From NCBI GenBank assembly GCA_044376115.1, contig JBILLK010000032.1, positions 32,001 through 96,000 on the forward strand: DNA of 64,000 bases, read 5' to 3'. A program made the position numbers and the translations under genes. Each line of letters starts with the position of its first letter. Position 1 is the first letter of the stretch. Positions 59,971 through 64,000 of this stretch are shown here, piece by piece. Below the pieces are notes generated by a model that made no database searches, was not told the origin of the DNA, and saw only the letters and a list, made by a program, of their open reading frames with translations. The DNA is from Polyangiaceae bacterium. GTDB lineage: Bacteria > Myxococcota_A > Polyangia > Polyangiales > Polyangiaceae.

Positions 59971-62013
59971 CTAACGGGTGCCCAGGAAGGCCTCCAGCGC
60001 TGCCGCCAGGACCTCGCGAACGGGCGCGCCGTGCTCGGCTGCGAGTTTACGGCACTGATCGAATTCGGGCTTGGCGTGCGCCGGACCGAAGGGACCTTCC
60101 GCCACCTTCACCTCGACCGAGCCGAAGCGGGTCTCCACCGAAACCATGCGTCGCGGACGTTCAGCCCGACTGACCTCGGTCCTGCGCACGCCCAACGTCG
60201 TCGACTCGCGCAACAACGTGGAGGTGATCACCGCCTCGTGCTCGTGGTCGCAAAGCACGTGCAGGATCTGACCCGGCCGGCCTTTCTTCATCAGCGCCGA
60301 CGTCAGCCAGGCATCGCGCGCGCCAGCCGCGAGCAGCGCCTCCACGACGAAGGCCGCAAGCTCTGGGGTCATATCGTCGATGTTGCTCGCCAACTCGATC
60401 AAGTTGCGGCGCACGAGCGGCGCCTCACCGAGCACGGCGCGCAGCAAATTGGGCCGGTCGGCGAGGTCACGATGACCCGCCCCCACCCCGATCTGCAGCG
60501 GCGAGATCGACGGCCAGGCTTCGAACGAGGTGGCGACCGTTGCAATGATGGCCGCGCCCGTGGGCGTCACCAACTCGAGCTCGAGATTGGCCGGCACGGT
60601 GGGAACGCCGCGCAAACAATGCAGCACCGCCGGCGGTGGATTCGGCAGCATACCGTGCGCCGCGCGGATGAAACCGCGGCCCATCGGCAGCGGCGAGCAG
60701 GTCACCGATTCAGCGCCGAGGTAGCAAAGCGCCGCTGCTGCACCGACGATATCGACGATCGCGTCGACGCCGCCGACCTCGTGAAAATGCACCTCGTCCA
60801 ACGGAACGCGGTGCGCGTGCGACTCGGCCTCGGCCAAGCGGGCGAAGATGCGCAACGCGAGCGACTTGACGTCCTCGGCCAGCTTGCTGTTTTCGATCAG
60901 ACCGCGAATGGTGCTGTAGTTGCGCGCGGGCTGCGCCTTCTCCTCGTGCACGTCGAACAGCGTGCCGGCGATCGCGTGCTTGAGCGCGTAGCCGATATGA
61001 AGGTGAAAGGCCTCAGCGCCGAGCACCTCCGCGGCCGCCTCTTGCACCACCGTCAGCGGCACACCGAGGTCGATCAACGAAGCGATGATCATGTCCCCGG
61101 CGAGGCCGGAGTTCGCGTCGAAGAAGAGCACCTTGCCCACCCCCGCGCCGCGCGGCAACGTCACGCGCTCGAGCGTCGACTCGTGCGCATACGAGTGACC
61201 GTGCTCGTGGGAGTGACCGTGCTCATGCGCATGGTCGTGGTCATGCGCATGGTCGTGGTCGTGCGCATGGTCATGCGTGTGACCGTGCTCATGGTCGTGC
61301 GCATGTGAGTGACCGTGCTCATGCGCGTGGTCGTGGTCGTGGTCGTGCGCATGGTCGTGGCCGTGCTCATGGGCGTGACCGTGCTCATGGGCGTGGTCGT
61401 GACCATGGTCGTGACCGTGCTCGTGACCATGCTCATGGGCGGGCTCGTGGTCGAGCGGGCCGTGCGGGGCGCTCGCGCTCGTCGCCTCCTCCACCGTTGG
61501 ATTCGGGTGGGAAACAGGCAGCTCCCCGCGCGGAGCACGCGGTACCCAGCGCGGCTTCTTTTCGCGCGGGGCGTCACCGGGTCGGTCAAAACGAGGGCGC
61601 TCGAAACGAGGTTGCTCGCCGCGCGGGCCGTCGTAGCGCGGCCGCTCGGCCGAACGATCGCCCTGCGCAGGCGGACGATCTCCCCAGTTGCTACCGCTGC
61701 GCGCCGGAGGACGATCTCCCCAGTTGCCACCGCTACGCTGCGGCGGTCCACGCCGATCACCGCCAGCGTCGCGCGGCGGCGGGCGGTCTCCCCAGTTGCC
61801 GCTGCGTGCGGGCGGTCCACGCCGATCACCACCAGCGTCGCGCGCCGGCGGGCGGTCTCCCCAGTTGCCGCCGCTGCGCGCAGGCGGCCCTCTGCGGTCT
61901 CCGGACGGTGGCCCGCGACGGGGCTCCGGCGACGGACGGGGCTCGGGCTCTGCGGGCCGCGGACGTCGCTTGATCATTACGTCGGCGGGCGGCAACTCGT
62001 GCTTCTTTTTCAT
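59971..62013 (-). CDS. larC: NPN-cofactor nickel insertase LarC with long low-complexity and His-rich N-terminal extension
   Basis: FDANSGLAGDM, VHFHEVGGVDAIVD, AHG..P.P.PA, ELVTPTGAA, NIDD, MKKGRPG, TTLGVR, KPEFDQC; ATGA overlap with larB. Confidence 0.93.
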   Translation of the reverse strand: MKKKHELPPADVMIKRRPRPAEPEPRPSPEPRRGPPSGDRRGPPARSGGNWGDRPPARDAGGDRRGPPARSGNWGDRPPPRDAGGDRRGPPQRSGGNWGDRPPARSGSNWGDRPPAQGDRSAERPRYDGPRGEQPRFERPRFDRPGDAPREKKPRWVPRAPRGELPVSHPNPTVEEATSASAPHGPLDHEPAHEHGHEHGHDHGHDHAHEHGHAHEHGHDHAHDHDHDHAHEHGHSHAHDHEHGHTHDHAHDHDHAHDHDHAHEHGHSHEHGHSYAHESTLERVTLPRGAGVGKVLFFDANSGLAGDMIIASLIDLGVPLTVVQEAAAEVLGAEAFHLHIGYALKHAIAGTLFDVHEEKAQPARNYSTIRGLIENSKLAEDVKSLALRIFARLAEAESHAHRVPLDEVHFHEVGGVDAIVDIVGAAAALCYLGAESVTCSPLPMGRGFIRAAHGMLPNPPPAVLHCLRGVPTVPANLELELVTPTGAAIIATVATSFEAWPSISPLQIGVGAGHRDLADRPNLLRAVLGEAPLVRRNLIELASNIDDMTPELAAFVVEALLAAGARDAWLTSALMKKGRPGQILHVLCDHEHEAVITSTLLRESTTLGVRRTEVSRAERPRRMVSVETRFGSVEVKVAEGPFGPAHAKPEFDQCRKLAAEHGAPVREVLAAALEAFLGTR
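61183..61449 (-). repeat. Coding (His-X)n repeat, about 40 His
   Basis: HEHGHEHGHDHGHDHAHEHG.. within larC. Confidence 0.92.
61670..61905 (-). repeat. Coding repeat GDRRGPP / NWGDRPP (NWGDRPP x4)
   Basis: Repeated TCTCCCCAGTTG on the + strand. Confidence 0.88.
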
Positions 62014-62795
62014 GCTGGGGATCCCTCGGGCCTATTGTCGCGAGCGCGGCTCTGAGCCAGCGCGGTTGCCATCCGAAACACGGCCATCGCCGCACCAAAC
62101 CCGTTATCGATGTTGACCACGGTCACGCCGCTGCCACAGCTGGTCAACATCGCCATCATCGGTGTAAGCCCGCCCAACGCAGAGCCGTAGCCCACCGAGG
62201 TTGGAACGGCGACCACCGGCGTGGCCACCAACCCCGCGACCACGCTCGGCAGCGCGCCCTCCATCCCGGCGATCACAATCAGAGCGTCTTGCTGCCTCAG
62301 CGTCTCCAAGCGCGAGAGCAATCGGTGCAGACCAGCGACCCCAACGTCCACCACGCGCTCGGCGCGGATTCCTACCGCGAGCAACGTCTCGTTCGCTTCT
62401 TCGGCCACCGGAAGATCGGTCGTGCCCGCCGTCATGATCGCAACGCGAAAGTCCCGCGCCGGCGGCGGCTCGATCTCGATGCGCGCAGTGCGTGCGAGCG
62501 GATGCAGCTGGGCGCTCGGAAACGCCTGCGCGATCGCCGCGAGCGCGGCCGGGCTGGTCCGCGTCACGAGCACGTTCTGTTGCCGATCGAGCAGCGTCTG
62601 CGCGATGGCGAGGATCTGCGCCTCGCTCTTGCCCTCGCCGAAGATCACCTCGGGCACGCCCTGCCGCAGCTGCCGATGCACATCGACGACTGCGCCCTCG
62701 AGCTCGACGAGCGGGGAAATCGCGAGCTTGGAGAGAGCATCGCTTACATTGATTGCGCCGTTGGCAAGACCCTCGAGAATCGCCCGAACGTTCAT
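62010..62795 (-). CDS. larB: NPN-cofactor biosynthesis carboxylase/hydrolase LarB
   Basis: DVHRQLRQGVPEVIFGEGK, AGTTDLPVAEEA, DVGVAGLHRL, AGMEGALPSVV, PTSVGYG, VVNIDNGFGAA. Confidence 0.95.
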   Translation of the reverse strand: MNVRAILEGLANGAINVSDALSKLAISPLVELEGAVVDVHRQLRQGVPEVIFGEGKSEAQILAIAQTLLDRQQNVLVTRTSPAALAAIAQAFPSAQLHPLARTARIEIEPPPARDFRVAIMTAGTTDLPVAEEANETLLAVGIRAERVVDVGVAGLHRLLSRLETLRQQDALIVIAGMEGALPSVVAGLVATPVVAVPTSVGYGSALGGLTPMMAMLTSCGSGVTVVNIDNGFGAAMAVFRMATALAQSRARDNRPEGSPA

Positions 62796-62882
62796 CGCTC
62801 GTGCTTCTACACCGTCCGCGATCGTGCAGGCGAGCGAGTTCGCCCCTTTTCTTCCGCGGCGAGGGGTACCACAATCGACCTC

Positions 62883-63833
62883 GTGACTCGCTCGGCCTAC
62901 GGCAAGCTGACCATATGCTCCCTCGCCTTCACGCTCGCCGTGATCCTTTGGGGCGCCTTCGTTCGCGTTACCGGCTCGGGAGCTGGCTGCGGTTCGCATT
63001 GGCCTACCTGCAACGGCGAGGTCGTTCCGCGTAGTTCGTCAACCGCCACGCTGATCGAGTTCACTCACCGCATCACGAGTTCGCTGGCGCTGATCTTCGT
63101 CGTGGTGGTCTTGGTGTACGCCCTTCGCCTCTTGCCCAAGGCCCATCCCGGCCGAGCGGCGGCGGCGTGGTCGCTGTTCTTCATGCTAACCGAGGCAGCG
63201 GTTGGAGCAGGGCTCGTACTCTTTGAGAAGGTCGCGCAGGACACGTCGATCGCGCGCGGCTACTGGATGAGCGCCCACCTCGCGAACACCTTCCTCCTGA
63301 TCGCCAGCATGACTGCAACCACGGTGTTCGCCTACCTCGACCCGCGGCCTGAAGGCTCGGTGACTCGGCACAAAGCGCTCTTCTATGCGGGCGGCGTCGC
63401 GTTCTTCATCACGGGCATTTCAGGCGCCATTGCCGCGCTGGGAGACACGCTGTTCCCCTCGGCCACGTTCCTCGAGGGAGCCCGGCTCGATCTGGCGCCC
63501 AGCGCCCATCTCTTTCTGAGGCTGCGTGCCATTCACCCGTTCACCGCGGTCGGTAGCGCCTTACTGCTGCTGTTCATCGCTGGGCAGGTGATGCGGGAGG
63601 GCAATCAGGCTGCCGCTACCGCGGGCAAGGCGCTCGGCATGCTGGTGCTGCTGCAGGTCCTGGTCGGGCTGGTGAACCTGCTGCTCGCGGCGCCCGCCGC
63701 CATGCAGTTGCTGCACCTCTTGGTCGGGGATGGCGCTTGGATCAGCTTCGTGGTGATGGTGGTCGCAACGGCGTGGGGGCCTTTGCCCACGGCCCATTCA
63801 ACGTTGCCCAAAGCCTCCCCCGCCCATAGCTGA
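62883..63833 (+). CDS. ctaA: Heme A synthase (COX15/CtaA family)
   Basis: GAFVRVTGSGAGCGSHWPTCNG, IEFTHR, three further conserved His in TM helices. Confidence 0.88.
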   Translation: MTRSAYGKLTICSLAFTLAVILWGAFVRVTGSGAGCGSHWPTCNGEVVPRSSSTATLIEFTHRITSSLALIFVVVVLVYALRLLPKAHPGRAAAAWSLFFMLTEAAVGAGLVLFEKVAQDTSIARGYWMSAHLANTFLLIASMTATTVFAYLDPRPEGSVTRHKALFYAGGVAFFITGISGAIAALGDTLFPSATFLEGARLDLAPSAHLFLRLRAIHPFTAVGSALLLLFIAGQVMREGNQAAATAGKALGMLVLLQVLVGLVNLLLAAPAAMQLLHLLVGDGAWISFVVMVVATAWGPLPTAHSTLPKASPAHS

Positions 63834-63834
63834 G

Positions 63835-64000
63835 CTACAGCAACGAGACGATGTGCTCCTTGATCGACTTGCGGGCCGTTTCATCGGGAGCAAGGCGCAT
63901 GGCGCGCTCCCACGCCTCCAACGCTTTGTTCCGAAAGCCAGCTTGTTGATAGAGAATCGCCAGGTTCTTCGCGCTGCCGAAGTGCTTCGGCTGGATCTGA
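63835..64000 (-). CDS. 3' end of a TPR-containing protein (5' part outside the window)
   Basis: Manual translation ..PKHFGSAKNLAILYQQAGFRNKALEAWERAMRLAPD..VSLL*. Confidence 0.7.
   Translation of the reverse strand, partial: QIQPKHFGSAKNLAILYQQAGFRNKALEAWERAMRLAPDETARKSIKEHIVSLL

Noticed and set aside
59971..61150. larC1/larC2 programmed frameshift as in Lactobacillus
   Set aside because: larC is one continuous ORF here

Overview
GC-rich chromosomal DNA, most likely from a myxobacterium (Myxococcota, Polyangiaceae-like). This is inferred from the gene repertoire: eukaryote-like kinase/FHA/PP2C, STAND-WD40 and many Pro/Ala-rich lipoproteins. Housekeeping and metabolic genes: obgE-holB, thiE, thrA/metL divergent from metY-metA, an ABC importer-egtB-egtD operon, a MarR-BKACE-crotonase-carboxyltransferase operon, thioredoxin-rhodanese-argS, larB-larC and heme A synthase. 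An accessory stretch (about 13-29.6 kb) holds orphan lipoproteins, immunity-like genes and four broken genes. These are a sensor-diadenylate cyclase split by a -1 frameshift, a frameshifted double zinc-ribbon gene, an AbiEi antitoxin remnant, and a CHASE4-CheA-like gene with an in-frame TAG. Most notable observations: (1) a HEPN-like/nSTAND1/WD40 giant protein missed by the ORF track and translationally coupled to a hybrid histidine kinase; (2) the split DAC gene; (3) a pseudoknot-capable intergenic element at 23.1-23.26 kb; (4) LarC with a long GDRPP-repeat and poly-His N-terminal extension; (5) ObgE with a histone-H1-like tail; (6) a DnaA-box hairpin between argS and larC; (7) recurrent leaderless-type promoters. 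No rRNA, tRNA, CRISPR array, transposase or integrase was recognised. All family assignments come from motif recognition by eye, not from database searches.
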